Source: Abditibacterium sp.
GTDB taxonomy: Bacteria > Armatimonadota > Abditibacteriia > Abditibacteriales > Abditibacteriaceae
Assembly: GCA_965246885.1 (NCBI GenBank)
Contig: OZ251992.1
Coordinates: forward strand, 2,784,001-2,848,000
Direction: 5' to 3'
Length of the DNA: 64,000 nt
Part shown: positions 1 to 10,005 of the stretch, in pieces
Numbering within the stretch: the stretch's first letter is position 1
Layout of the letters: every line of letters starts with the position of its first letter
The notes under the pieces: generated by a model
Seen by the model: the letters and a program-made list of their open reading frames with translations, nothing else
The model's database searches: none
Told to the model about the DNA's origin: nothing
Made by a program: the position numbers and the translations under genes

Positions 1-3000
1 GCGCCCGATAACGTAGTTGACGTTGTACTCGAACAAGGCGTGCGCTTTGGTGGCTTGGTCGAGGACGGGGTTGACTTCCTGCAACTTGGCTTCGGCCAAG
101 CGGCGGCGGCGTTCGGCGGGCAAGCGGAGCACGCGGTCAATGGTAGCCGTCAACGACTCGCCGCCCGCTTCGGCTTGCGCGCGTTGCGCCAAGACCGCTT
201 CCTCTTCCGTCAGAATGTCGGCTTGCAGGAGGGTTTCGAGGAAGTTTTCCGGGTCGGAGAAGGCGGGGTTGGCCGCTTCGCGCTCGGCGACGAGCGTGCC
301 CATGTCCGTCAGGGCAGCCGTGCGGCGCTTCTCGTCCTTTTCGGCGAGCCAGCCCAAGTTCTTGGCGACGCGCACCAGATACTGTTCGGGCGCCATCGTT
401 CCCGGCGGCGTCGCCGATACACTCACCTGCGCCAAACGGCGCAGGGCGCGCGCTAACTGATCCGCCGATTTGCCGACGAACTCGGACGGCGGCAGATTCT
501 TCGCCAAGTCCTTGGGCAGAATCAGGCGGCGCTTGATTTCTTCCGTAAAAGCGCGCGCGTTCTCCTCGGTCAGGAGCGGCTCCAAGTGCCGCGCGACGAC
601 ATCCGCCGCCAACACGCCGAAAATGGCGTGGTCGAGGGCACCCGACAACGGCTGGGCCAGTAGTTCGCCAAGGGCATCGTGCGCGTCGCCGGAGATTTCC
701 AGCGCCTTTTCGATTTGCGCGACCAGCCCCGCGTTCGACTCGCGCTTGAACTCGTTCCACGCCTTCCCGTAGTCGTCAATGGCCTTGGCGAGCGGGGCGA
801 TGGCGGGAGACGTAGTTAACTGCGCGCCGACGAAAGTGTCCAAGCCGCTCGCGCCAAATTCGCCGTCCTCGACCGCGCGCTGAATGGCAGCGCGGGCCTC
901 TTCAGGCAAGGGCACGAGGCCGTTTACTTTGTCGGCGAACGCGACCGATTGCTCCTGACGCCACGTTTGCAAGCGCGCGGCGCCGTCGGTTGCGATAGCG
1001 GACAGTTCGCCGCCATCTCCCGGCAAGTCGCGCACGACGGCGACCAAGCGGTCGGCAACGGCGTTCTGCCGTCCACCCTCGGCGAGTAAGGAAACGAAGA
1101 CTTTGTTCGCTTCGCGCGGCATTTCTTCGACCCACTGCGCCATTTCTTCGACCATGTGCGCGGCGATTTGCTCGTAAGTCTTACCCTGCTCGCGCTGAAG
1201 CGTCGCGGCGGCTTTGACGGCGAGCGCGAATTGGCCGGATTTGCCCAACTCCTTTTGCAAGGCGGCCTGCAACGTGGGCGCGTCCTCGCCTTGGAGGGCT
1301 AACTTGGCGACGACTTTATTGGGGCCGAGCGCACTTTCCAAGGTGCGGCTCTGCTCCGCCAAAAACGCAGTGCGGCTCGCGCTGTACTCTTTGGTCAGGG
1401 CAGAAATTTGCGTCGCCGCCTCGCCGCCTTGGGCCTCAATGGTCTTGACGACTTCGGCGCGCAATTGCTCACGGGAAAGCGGCAGTTTCGCGGTGTTCCA
1501 CAGCGTTTCTAACGACTCGAACGGCAAGAGCGCATTTTGCGTGAGCGTTTCCAACGCGGCGACCAGCTTACGGACGGAGGCGGCGTCTATACTCCCTCTC
1601 CCGCTCGCGGGAGAGGGGGACGGCGCGTTATCGCGCAGCACTTTGTCCGCCGCCGCGAGGTTGCCGCCTTGCTCCAAGCACGCGAGGACGAAGGCATCGT
1701 GTCCGCTTTGCAGGGCGCTCGCAACGGCTTCGACGGACTCGGAATCCACCAGTTCGCGGTTGCTCATCTCGTCGGCGATAAGGAGCGCGACGGTGCGGCC
1801 CTTGTCGTCGGAGTCAGAGATTTGCCCTTCCAAGTCAATAGCGGCGTCTTCGGGAAGCGTCAGGTCGTGCGCGAGGAGCGCGGCGTTGCTCCACTCGGAG
1901 TCTTGCGCGTTGAGCCACGCGGTCTCGAACGGCGCCAAGAGGCGCCCGATTTCTTCGCGCCACGCTTCGTGCAAGCGTCTGGCATCTACGGCTCCGAGGG
2001 CAAGCGCGTCCAAGTGGGCCTTGCCATCGGGGGAAATAAGTTTGTCGTTCGCCAGTTCGTCGCTCGCATCCAACAAGCGCGCGGCGTTGCTCAAACGGGC
2101 GCTTTCTTCCGATTGGAGATAGGCCGAGATGAGGTAGCCCATCGCTTGGGTGAAGGCGCCGCGCGCCAGAATCGCTTCGGTGAGGCCCGCGATGTCCACT
2201 TGCTTTTTGGTGGAGAAGCGCTCGATGAAGGTTTCGACTTCGCGGTCGGTGACGGCGGGCATGAGGACTTTCGCCACGCCGTCGCAGGTCTTGCTCATCC
2301 CTTGGCGGCGCAGGGCGCGGTCGGTTTTGGCGACTTGGGCGGAAATGATAAGCGGCGTGCGCGCTTCGTCAATGAGGATGTTGTCCACCTCGTCAATGAT
2401 GGCGAACGACAAAGGCTTTTGCACCATGTCGTCGGGCGAAGCGGCCATGTTGTCGCGCAAGTAATCGAAGCCAAATTCCGAGTTGGTGCCGTAGAGGATG
2501 TCGCAGGCGTAGCACTCTTGGCGCTCGGCGGCGTCCATATCGTTCTGCAAGAACGCGACACTCAGCCCCAGAAACTCATAAACGGGCCGCATCCAGTTGG
2601 CATCGCGCTCGGCGAGGTAGTCGTTGACCGTGACGACGTGAACGCCGCGCCCGGTCAGCGCGTTGAGATAGGCGGGAAGCGTGGCGACGAGCGTTTTGCC
2701 TTCGCCGGTGCGCATTTCGGCGATTTTGCCGCCGTGCAACACCATGCCGCCGATTAGCTGAACGTCGAAGTGGCGCAAGCCGATGGTGCGGTCGCCCGAT
2801 TCGCGGCACAGCGCGAAGGCTTCGGGAAGCAGCAGGTTCAGCACTTCCTTTTCGGCGGCGAGGCGGGCGCGCACGTACGCATCCGTCCACGAGAACTGGG
2901 TTTCCAGTTCCAGCCATTCCAAGCCCTGCTTTTGCAGGCGCTCGGTGACTTCGACGCCAAAGCGCTCGCGTAGCGCGAGGGAGCGGGCTTTGAGTTCTTC

Positions 3001-3183
3001 GTCGGACAGCGCCTTGATTTCGTCGGCGAGGGCGCCAATTTGCTCGACGATGGGGCGGAGTTTGGCGACCTCTTTCTCGTTTTTGTCGAAGAGTTTGGAA
3101 ACGACGCCTAAGACGCCCTCGGCTTCTTGGGACGAGCCGGAAATATCGGACTTAGAGCCGAACAGTTTTTGTAAGAGTGACAT
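1..3183 (-). CDS. secA: Preprotein translocase subunit SecA, 5' part (runs off window edge), with very large insertion in the PPXD
   Basis: Not in ORF track (no stop in window). Manual translation from ATG at 3183 is open for 1061 codons: [11 protein letters not shown]...[11 protein letters not shown]...[10 protein letters not shown]...[11 protein letters not shown]...[16 protein letters not shown]...[20 protein letters not shown]...[13 protein letters not shown]...[14 protein letters not shown]. Confidence 0.96.
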   Translation of the reverse strand, partial: MSLLQKLFGSKSDISGSSQEAEGVLGVVSKLFDKNEKEVAKLRPIVEQIGALADEIKALSDEELKARSLALRERFGVEVTERLQKQGLEWLELETQFSWTDAYVRARLAAEKEVLNLLLPEAFALCRESGDRTIGLRHFDVQLIGGMVLHGGKIAEMRTGEGKTLVATLPAYLNALTGRGVHVVTVNDYLAERDANWMRPVYEFLGLSVAFLQNDMDAAERQECYACDILYGTNSEFGFDYLRDNMAASPDDMVQKPLSFAIIDEVDNILIDEARTPLIISAQVAKTDRALRRQGMSKTCDGVAKVLMPAVTDREVETFIERFSTKKQVDIAGLTEAILARGAFTQAMGYLISAYLQSEESARLSNAARLLDASDELANDKLISPDGKAHLDALALGAVDARRLHEAWREEIGRLLAPFETAWLNAQDSEWSNAALLAHDLTLPEDAAIDLEGQISDSDDKGRTVALLIADEMSNRELVDSESVEAVASALQSGHDAFVLACLEQGGNLAAADKVLRDNAPSPSPASGRGSIDAASVRKLVAALETLTQNALLPFESLETLWNTAKLPLSREQLRAEVVKTIEAQGGEAATQISALTKEYSASRTAFLAEQSRTLESALGPNKVVAKLALQGEDAPTLQAALQKELGKSGQFALAVKAAATLQREQGKTYEQIAAHMVEEMAQWVEEMPREANKVFVSLLAEGGRQNAVADRLVAVVRDLPGDGGELSAIATDGAARLQTWRQEQSVAFADKVNGLVPLPEEARAAIQRAVEDGEFGASGLDTFVGAQLTTSPAIAPLAKAIDDYGKAWNEFKRESNAGLVAQIEKALEISGDAHDALGELLAQPLSGALDHAIFGVLAADVVARHLEPLLTEENARAFTEEIKRRLILPKDLAKNLPPSEFVGKSADQLARALRRLAQVSVSATPPGTMAPEQYLVRVAKNLGWLAEKDEKRRTAALTDMGTLVAEREAANPAFSDPENFLETLLQADILTEEEAVLAQRAQAEAGGESLTATIDRVLRLPAERRRRLAEAKLQEVNPVLDQATKAHALFEYNVNYVIGR
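1594..1617. repeat. REP-like palindrome inside secA CDS
   Basis: CCCTCTCCCGC-TC-GCGGGAGAGGG, perfect 11-bp arms; reads PSPASGRG in SecA frame. Confidence 0.7.
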
Positions 3184-3200
3184 GATGTAAGTGCAAACCA

Positions 3201-3288
3201 GAACACAGATAAACGCGGATGGGACACAGAGGAGCCGCAGATGAATAGTTGGATTTCATCTGCGTCAGTGGGCGTTTATCTGCGGTTC
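3201..3288. repeat. Nested inverted repeat in secA leader
   Basis: GAACACAGATAAACGC (3201-3216) pairs with GCGTTTATCTGCGGTTC (3272-3288); inner GCAGATGAA / TTCATCTGC pair. Confidence 0.75.
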
Positions 3289-3679
3289 AATTCAAACGAA
3301 CTTGGGTTTGCACGCCCGACAAGCGCGCGATGACCGTCGCGGACAACTCGTGTGTCCGACGCGCGCGAATGATTTGCGGGGTGGGAGGCGACGGGGAATC
3401 TGAAAACGCGCCCAGATGCGCCGTCGCCGTCGAAACCCAAAGCGGCGATGGGGAAGTGGTGGGGGGCGTTTCCGCGACTGTCGGGGAACCAAGGTGTGCC
3501 GTTTGCGGCGCGCTCGCTTCGGCGGAAAGGAGCAATAGCACCGACTCGACCGAGGGCGTTCCGGGCGCTGTTGCCCACTGCGCCACTGGCATCGCCCACA
3601 ACGCAAGCAACGCCGCGACGAAAAACAGCGAAGCGTCGGGGCGGCGGAGGCGGGCGAACTGGGCCAACAAGCGAAACAT
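3287..3679 (-). CDS. Small secreted/membrane protein upstream of secA (candidate leader / monitoring peptide)
   Basis: 130 aa from ATG 3679; basic N-terminus, hydrophobic LFFVAALLALWAMPVA, P/S/T-rich linker; same strand, 103 nt before secA. Confidence 0.55.
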   Translation of the reverse strand: MFRLLAQFARLRRPDASLFFVAALLALWAMPVAQWATAPGTPSVESVLLLLSAEASAPQTAHLGSPTVAETPPTTSPSPLWVSTATAHLGAFSDSPSPPTPQIIRARRTHELSATVIARLSGVQTQVRLN

Positions 3680-3935
3680 CGGGCGGAGAACTGCCAAAGA
3701 TTTTAACAGCGATGCCCATAGACGACCGAACGGAGCGCGAGGTTTTGTGGAATTCCCCGGCGGGCGGCGGGCGAAGAACGGGTTAATTCTTTCGTTCGCC
3801 CATGCGCGCTAGCCGCTCACCGGCCCCGGCGGACGGTCGGCGCGCATGGGTGGGCGGGCGGCGCACATGCGCCAATCGCCCGCCGAGAGCGCTGACGCGA
3901 AGAACGGCATCCGTCCTTGCTAACCTTTCCGCGCT

Positions 3936-4742
3936 ATGAGCAATCCTTATCAATGGAACGAAAACGAAGTCAAACAATTGGGCACCGGCGTGTGGATGCG
4001 CGTCGCGGTAGACAACATCGCGTGGTATGACTTGGGGCGCGGCGCCGCCGTCATAGACGCGCTCGAAGAGGCCGACCAAGCCGACGTGGTGCGCGGCCTC
4101 ATCAGGCAGACGACCGGGCAAGACCTGAAATATGTCGTCACGACGCACTGGGACACCGACCACATCGCGTGCAATCCGCAGTGGCGGCGCGAGGGCGCCC
4201 CCGTTATTGCCCACCAAAGCTGCGCGGATTCGGCAGGCGATTGGGAAGGCAAACCCGACATCGTCTATCCCGACATCTTGACGCTACGCGGCGAAGAAGA
4301 CCGCGACATTCATATGCGCTGGGTCGGCGGAACGCACACGGAGTGGGACACCATCCTCTACTTCCCCGCCGCGCGCACCCTGCATATCGCCGACTTGTTC
4401 GGGTGGGGCCTGATTCCTTGTAAGCCGACCCCCGAAAAGATCGAGCGGCTGCGCGAAATCCTGCTCATCATCCAATCGTATGAGGCCGATCACGTCATTT
4501 GCGGGCACGGCCCCTCCACCGATTTGGCGTGCATTCTCCGCTTTCAATCGTATCTCGAACAGATGCTCGCGCAAGTCCCGCTTCTGATTAGCGCGGGCAA
4601 GACCGACGAGGAAATCGCCCAACTCGTTCCACCGCCCGCCGATATGAGCGAGTGGTTCCGCTTCGTCGCGTGGAAGCACGCCAAGAACATTGCGCTTATC
4701 CGCGAGCATTATCACGGCGCCGCGCTGCATTTGGGAACGTAA
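3936..4742 (+). CDS. MBL-fold metallo-hydrolase
   Basis: VVTTHWDTDH motif, GGTHT, HIADLF, VICGHG. Confidence 0.85.
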   Translation: MSNPYQWNENEVKQLGTGVWMRVAVDNIAWYDLGRGAAVIDALEEADQADVVRGLIRQTTGQDLKYVVTTHWDTDHIACNPQWRREGAPVIAHQSCADSAGDWEGKPDIVYPDILTLRGEEDRDIHMRWVGGTHTEWDTILYFPAARTLHIADLFGWGLIPCKPTPEKIERLREILLIIQSYEADHVICGHGPSTDLACILRFQSYLEQMLAQVPLLISAGKTDEEIAQLVPPPADMSEWFRFVAWKHAKNIALIREHYHGAALHLGT

Positions 4743-5999
4743 TCAGCCCTTCATCAGCGCGAGCGATGCGAACGAGACGACGATGTTTTGGTCGGGGTGG
4801 TAGGCTTGGTCGTAGTCTAAGAAGACGCCGCGCAGAGCGGGGAACGCGGCCATGAGGGTATACACGGCGGGGTGGGCGTCCACGTGGAAGCGGTTGAAGT
4901 CGCGGGCGAAGTGGGCGTGAAAGGCGGCGCGGTCACCGCGTTCGAGAGCGCCCATCCACTCGCGGTCAGCGTTTTGGATGTCTCCCAGAGTCTTGGCCGT
5001 GAGAGGCGTCGCATCGCCGAACTGCGTGCCGACGTGCGCGCCGTCCACCGACGCGATGAAGCCGACTTTCTTGCCTTGCCCTTCCCACTGCGCGACGGCG
5101 CCGCGCAAGGCGAGGACGAAGCGGGCGACTTCCGGCTCGGCCTCTTCGGGCGCGCGCTTCGTTTTCAGGGCATCCCAAAAGCCACCGACGGCAAAGGGAG
5201 CGATTTTGGCCGACGCCAACGAGGGGTGGAAGCCGAGCAGGACGGCGGCAAATTCAAGCGAGTGTTCGTCGCCATGCACCCAACTCTCCGCGAAGAGGTC
5301 GTCTTCGGGCGGGAGTTGTTCCGCAATGGCATGGAGGAAAGCGCGGTCGGTTTCGACAACGCCAAAGGGCGTCCCGAAGTCCTGCTTAGTGGCCGCGAAG
5401 GGGTAGGACACGCCTTTGTGGGCGATGCCCAAGACGACGAACAAATCGAAGGGTTTTCCGGTCGCTTCGACGTTCTTAACGAGGGGGATGTAGGACGCCG
5501 CTTCGGTGTGTCCGCCCCGGTGAAAGTCAATGTGGGGCGTGACGATGCCGACCACGCGCGACGCGTCGAGGGTGACGGCGGGCAAGCGTTTGGCGCCGTC
5601 GCGCAGTTTGTCGTTGAGGAAGGCGCGTAGTTCCCCGGCTTCGGCGGGATAGGAGCGTCCCGCGAAACGCGCGCGGCGCACGCCGCCTTCATCCTCGCCC
5701 TCCCCTGCCGCTTGGGAGCGAAAGCGCGGCGAGTCGAGAAACAGCAAAGTGTCGAGTTGTTCGACGAACGAATGGGCGAAGTCGCGCCCATCGTCAACGC
5801 CGCGCTCTCGCAGCCATCCGGCTAAGTCGCGGAGCGAGCGGGAGCCGTCGAGAAGCGCGAGAAAGGCGCCGTACTCCGGCTCCATCGCCACTTCCGGCGC
5901 AAAGCCGCGCGGGTCGGAGAGATGGAGCTTGGGGCCACCGTCGCCTGCGATGACCTCGGCGCGAAGCGCGCGCAGTTTGGGGCGGAAGTCGTCGTTCAT
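4743..5999 (-). CDS. MEMO1-family protein (AmmeMemoRadiSam protein B-like) with N-terminal extension
   Basis: RRARFAGRSYP, VTPHIDFHRGG, LGIAH, HGDEHSLE, ASVDGAHVG motifs. Confidence 0.85.
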   Translation of the reverse strand: MNDDFRPKLRALRAEVIAGDGGPKLHLSDPRGFAPEVAMEPEYGAFLALLDGSRSLRDLAGWLRERGVDDGRDFAHSFVEQLDTLLFLDSPRFRSQAAGEGEDEGGVRRARFAGRSYPAEAGELRAFLNDKLRDGAKRLPAVTLDASRVVGIVTPHIDFHRGGHTEAASYIPLVKNVEATGKPFDLFVVLGIAHKGVSYPFAATKQDFGTPFGVVETDRAFLHAIAEQLPPEDDLFAESWVHGDEHSLEFAAVLLGFHPSLASAKIAPFAVGGFWDALKTKRAPEEAEPEVARFVLALRGAVAQWEGQGKKVGFIASVDGAHVGTQFGDATPLTAKTLGDIQNADREWMGALERGDRAAFHAHFARDFNRFHVDAHPAVYTLMAAFPALRGVFLDYDQAYHPDQNIVVSFASLALMKG

Positions 6000-6006
6000 C
6001 TCTTGG

Positions 6007-6062
6007 AGAGCGTGGGCGACGGGCGTTGTATGAGTGATGCCCGTCGCTCACGCTCTGGGTTC
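6007..6062. repeat. REP doublet, family C (degenerate copy)
   Basis: AGAGCGTGGGCGACGGGC ... GCCCGTCGCTCACGCTCTGGGTTC; right arm matches 62283-62311. Confidence 0.85.
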
Positions 6063-6656
6063 TTATTCGCCGCGCTTTTCTTTGTGCAGGATGTGGTCAA
6101 CCATGCCGTAGGCTCTGGCTTGTTCGGCGCCCATCCACTTGTCGCGCTCGGAGTCGGCGAGCACGGTTTCAAGCGGCTGGCCGGTGTGCGAAGCGATGAT
6201 CTTGGCGAGGGTGTCCTTGAGGGTCAGCATCTCGCGCAGGGTGATTTCCGCGTCCGTCGCTTGGCCCTCGAAGCCGCCCGATGGCTGGTGAATCATCACG
6301 CGCGCGTTGGGCGTGATGTAGCGCTTGCCGGGAGCGCCCGCGCACAAAAGCAGCGCGCCATAGGACGCCGCCATGCCGGTGCAGATGGTGGCGATGGGGC
6401 ACCGCACGGTCTGCATCGTGTCGTAGATGGCGTTGCCCGCATACACGGAGCCGCCGGGCGAGTTGATGTAAATGTCTATCTCGCGTTCGGGGTCTTGCTT
6501 TTCAAGCCAGAGCAACTGCGCTTGAACGACGGTGGCGAGGGCGTCGGTCACTGGCTCGTGAATGAAGATGATGCGCTCTTCCAAAAGGCGCGAGAATAGG
6601 TCGTAGCCGCGCTCACCGCGCGCGGTCTGTTCGATGATGGATGGAACGAGTGGCAT
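6063..6656 (-). CDS. clpP: ATP-dependent Clp protease proteolytic subunit
   Basis: [36 protein letters not shown]. Confidence 0.96.
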   Translation of the reverse strand: MPLVPSIIEQTARGERGYDLFSRLLEERIIFIHEPVTDALATVVQAQLLWLEKQDPEREIDIYINSPGGSVYAGNAIYDTMQTVRCPIATICTGMAASYGALLLCAGAPGKRYITPNARVMIHQPSGGFEGQATDAEITLREMLTLKDTLAKIIASHTGQPLETVLADSERDKWMGAEQARAYGMVDHILHKEKRGE

Positions 6657-6785
6657 TGTGGTTAAACAAAACGCCGCGCTTGGTCGAACGACGGCGGGCG
6701 CGGCGGTTTATGCACTTCTGGACTATTAGGTTGGGGGCGCGGTTCCGGCTTCGGAGGAAGCGCCCCCGTTCGTCTTACTCGCGAC

Positions 6786-8300
6786 CTACGCCAGCGTCAG
6801 CCCCGGCGCGTGGCCTTCTTCTTCGGCGTCGCCGCCTTCGGCCATGACCAGTTCGCCGTCCTCGTCTAACTCGCCGAGCATGGCTTCTTGAGCGAGGGCT
6901 TCCTCGATGACTTCTTCGTTCTCGTCGTCCAAGGAGTTGGCCGCCATTTGGACGGGCTGACCCGCTTCGTCGGTGATGACGGCGTGTTCGGTCAGGAAAT
7001 CAATGGCTTTGCGCTGGAGAATGCTCGTCACGACGGACTGGTAGGGCACCTGCTTGACAAGTTCTTCGGGCGGCGTTTGGCTCATCTGCGCCATCATCAT
7101 GTAGTGGTTGCCCACTTCGTCCTCGGAAACGGGGAACTTTTGGCCGCGCGCAATTTCGTCCAACACCAGTTCCGTTTTCAGTTCGTTCTCGATTTCCTCG
7201 CGCAGGTCGGCTTCCAACTGCTCTTGCGTGGAGTTGATGGCTTGCAAGTAGGCTTCGATGGTCGCGCCGTTCTGGGAGAGTTCCTGTTGGATGCCCGCCA
7301 CGCGGTCGGTCACGCGAGCGCTCACAAGCGCGCTGGGGACTTCGACGACCGACTTGTCCACGACCTGCTTGACGACTTCTTCGCGGGCTTCTTTGCGCGA
7401 CTCGCGCTCGCCGACTTGGGCGAGGTAGTCGCGCAGCTTGGTGTGAAGGTCAGCGACGTTCTCGGCGCCCGAAATTTGCGCGAACTCGTCGGTCACTTCG
7501 GGGATGACGCGCTCCTTGATGGCGGTGACTTTGACCTCGAACTCGGCGCTTTTGCCCGCCAGTTCGGGGTCGGGAAAGTCTTCCGGGTAGGCCTGCGTGA
7601 AGCGGCGCGTTTCGTCCAACTTTTGGCCGACCAGTTGGTCGTCAATGGCGGGCACGAAGCCGGACTCGCCCAAAACGAAGCCGCGCAGTTTGGCGGGTTC
7701 CTCGGAGCGCGGCTGGCCGTCCACGAAGACCTGCACGTCGGCGAAAATCACGTCGCTCATTTGCGCGCTCACTTCGCCACTGCCGCCTTCGTCCTCTTCT
7801 TTCTTGTTCTTGAGATAGGCGCGCTCCTCTTGCATTTGCGACAGAGCCTGTTGCACGTCTTCGTCGCTGATGTTGACGGTGCGCTTGGTGGCGCTCAGGC
7901 CTTCGGTGGAGCCGACGGTGATGTCGGGGCGCACGACCACGCGCGCGACGAAGGTGAAGGGCTTGTCGCCGTCGAAAGCGTCGAAGGAAAGTTCGTCCAC
8001 TTGAGCTTGGTCGAGGGGCACGACGCCCGCTTGCTGCACGGCGGCTTGGTAGGCGGCGGGCACGAGTTGGTCAGAGACCTCTTGGGAAATCGCCTCGTCG
8101 CCCACGTTGCGGCGCACGATGCCAGCCGGGATGGAGCCGGGGCGGAATCCGGGGATGCGGATGCGCTTGGAGAACTCTTTGATCGCGCGGTTGCGCGCGT
8201 CTTGCACTGCCGCAGGTGCGACTTCGATATGGAGCGACACGAGGCCGCCGTCCTGTTTTTCGACCGAGAGGTTGGAAAGTTGAATGCCGTTAGGTTGCAC
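6786..8300 (-). CDS. tig: Trigger factor
   Basis: IPGFRPGSIP ribosome-binding motif, FKBP-like domain (YPEDF...LAGKSAEFEVKV), directly upstream of clpP; TTG start uncertain. Confidence 0.93.
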   Translation of the reverse strand: MQPNGIQLSNLSVEKQDGGLVSLHIEVAPAAVQDARNRAIKEFSKRIRIPGFRPGSIPAGIVRRNVGDEAISQEVSDQLVPAAYQAAVQQAGVVPLDQAQVDELSFDAFDGDKPFTFVARVVVRPDITVGSTEGLSATKRTVNISDEDVQQALSQMQEERAYLKNKKEEDEGGSGEVSAQMSDVIFADVQVFVDGQPRSEEPAKLRGFVLGESGFVPAIDDQLVGQKLDETRRFTQAYPEDFPDPELAGKSAEFEVKVTAIKERVIPEVTDEFAQISGAENVADLHTKLRDYLAQVGERESRKEAREEVVKQVVDKSVVEVPSALVSARVTDRVAGIQQELSQNGATIEAYLQAINSTQEQLEADLREEIENELKTELVLDEIARGQKFPVSEDEVGNHYMMMAQMSQTPPEELVKQVPYQSVVTSILQRKAIDFLTEHAVITDEAGQPVQMAANSLDDENEEVIEEALAQEAMLGELDEDGELVMAEGGDAEEEGHAPGLTLA

Positions 8301-8436
8301 GCCAAGTCCTTATGGAACAGAGATTTCGCGCGGACACGCGCCAAAGGCGCGCGACGCGAGTGAACTGCCGGAAGCCACAAAAACGCCCCGCTCACGAGGA
8401 GTGCGCGGGGCGGTCAGGGGAATCCAAACAGAAAAA

Positions 8437-8509
8437 AGCGGAAGACGAGACTCGAACTCGCGACCCTCACCTTGGCAAGGTGATGCTCTACCAACTGAGC
8501 TACTTCCGC
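8437..8509 (-). tRNA. tRNA-Gly(GCC)
   Basis: GCGGAAGTAGCTCAGTTGGTAGAGCATCACCTT-GCC-AAGGTGAGGGTCGCGAGTTCGAGTCTCGTCTTCCGCT; no encoded CCA. Confidence 0.96.
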
Positions 8510-8634
8510 ATCTAAAGCCCCCTTTGTCTGGAAGGCAGGAGAGATTTTAAGGGATTCGCGCCCCCCTTGGCAAGGGGGCGCGGTAGAATTTCTTTTCTGG
8601 CGGCGAACTGCCTACACTCCCGGCGCCCTCAACC

Positions 8635-10005
8635 ATGAAAAAGCTCTTCGGTAGCGGCGGGCCGCTTGGCGTGTTTTCCCAATATCCGGCGCTCGCGCAA
8701 CTCGCCCTCGTTTCAACGTGCGCCGAGATGACGTGGGCGACCCTCTTGCTTGTCCTCGAATACTACTTCAAGGACGAACTGCTCGTCGGGCAAAGCTCGC
8801 AGTTCATCGCGTCCAAAGTCGCCCTCGCGTTTCTGGCGTTCACCGGCGCCGAAACGCTCTTCAAGTACCCGATGGGACGGCGCGCCGACCGCTACGGGCC
8901 GCGCCGCTTCGTGTTGATGGCCCTCGCCATCGGCGCGACCACGCCGCTTCTCATGTGGGGGTTCGGCGCCCTGCTGCGCCACTCGCACTACAACTGGGTG
9001 CCCTTCATCCCGCTCCGCATGGCCGACGGCTTTGCCGCCGCCGCCCTATGGCCCGCCATGTCCGCCCTCATGAGCCGCGCCGTTCCGCGCGAAGCCAAGG
9101 CAACGGCGATGAGCTTTTTCAACATGGCTTACATCGGCGGCTTGATTTTGGGGCCGCCTATTGGCTTGGCGTTGGGGCTGTTGTTCCACACCAACTTGTT
9201 TGTCTTCCCGTTTATGGCGGCCATCATGTGGGTCGGCTTTTTCCTCGCGCTTCGCATCATCCCACACACCGCGAAGATGGAGGGAGAGGGCGAATCGCTC
9301 GCCGAAGACATAGCGATGCTACGCAGCAAGCCCGTTCTGCTGCGCATGATGGCCTTGTATGCCCTGTCGCAAGTAGGCGTCGGCTTACTTGCTCCCACGC
9401 TCCCGCTTTACGTGGGAACGCAGTTCGGCATCGGACAAGCGGAAATTCCCAAACTGCTCCCGATTCCGGCGTTTATCCTGTTGGTCATCTCACTTCCCTT
9501 GGGGCGCTTACCGGACACCTTGGGCCGCGCCAAAAGCATCTGGATTTCCTATGCGCTCGCGGTTGCGGGCATGATCGGTATCGCGGGTTCGTCGCTGTTC
9601 CAACCCACAACCGGGCTAAACCACCTCTCGCTTGCCATTTTCGGCGCGGGCATGGGCGCGATGGTCGTCTCTTACATCCTCGGCACCCCCGCTTGGTTGG
9701 GCCTAACGTCGCTGCAAGTGGACGATTCCCAACAAGCGCGAGCGTTCTCGCTTATGCAGACCGCGCAAGGCGTGGGCGTCGTGATGGCGTATATCACTGT
9801 CGCATCGGCGGGGCATTTTCTGACCAAGGTTTCCAAGGGACTCAGCAAGTTGCACCACGCCGCCACTTCCAAGAACTACGACACCATTCCGCTTTCCATC
9901 TGGTTCTGGATTGCCCTCGGCGTTTTCGCGCTCTGCTTGGCGGGCACCCTCTTCTTCGTCAAAGAACCCACAGACGGACAGCAGGCAAAGGTTGCAAGCG
10001 AATAA
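8635..10005 (+). CDS. MFS transporter
   Basis: Motif A GRRADRYGPRR and second-half GRLPDTLGRAK; about 12 hydrophobic segments. Confidence 0.9.
   Translation: MKKLFGSGGPLGVFSQYPALAQLALVSTCAEMTWATLLLVLEYYFKDELLVGQSSQFIASKVALAFLAFTGAETLFKYPMGRRADRYGPRRFVLMALAIGATTPLLMWGFGALLRHSHYNWVPFIPLRMADGFAAAALWPAMSALMSRAVPREAKATAMSFFNMAYIGGLILGPPIGLALGLLFHTNLFVFPFMAAIMWVGFFLALRIIPHTAKMEGEGESLAEDIAMLRSKPVLLRMMALYALSQVGVGLLAPTLPLYVGTQFGIGQAEIPKLLPIPAFILLVISLPLGRLPDTLGRAKSIWISYALAVAGMIGIAGSSLFQPTTGLNHLSLAIFGAGMGAMVVSYILGTPAWLGLTSLQVDDSQQARAFSLMQTAQGVGVVMAYITVASAGHFLTKVSKGLSKLHHAATSKNYDTIPLSIWFWIALGVFALCLAGTLFFVKEPTDGQQAKVASE

Noticed and set aside
352..2280. Intein in SecA
   Set aside because: No intein-like N-terminal block, no HN-C/S/T junction and no LAGLIDADG motif seen; composition looks helical.
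17..3190. Plus-strand ORFs such as 1214-2122 and 1537-2757
   Set aside because: Antisense shadows of secA in GC-rich DNA. The same applies to most long overlapping ORFs in the track (e.g. 6888-8363, 21366-23087, 35745-37514, 42774-44399).
3798..3870. Structured RNA or 21-nt doublet in divergent spacer
   Set aside because: Only an 11-bp GC-rich inverted repeat and two similar units; could be chance at this GC content.
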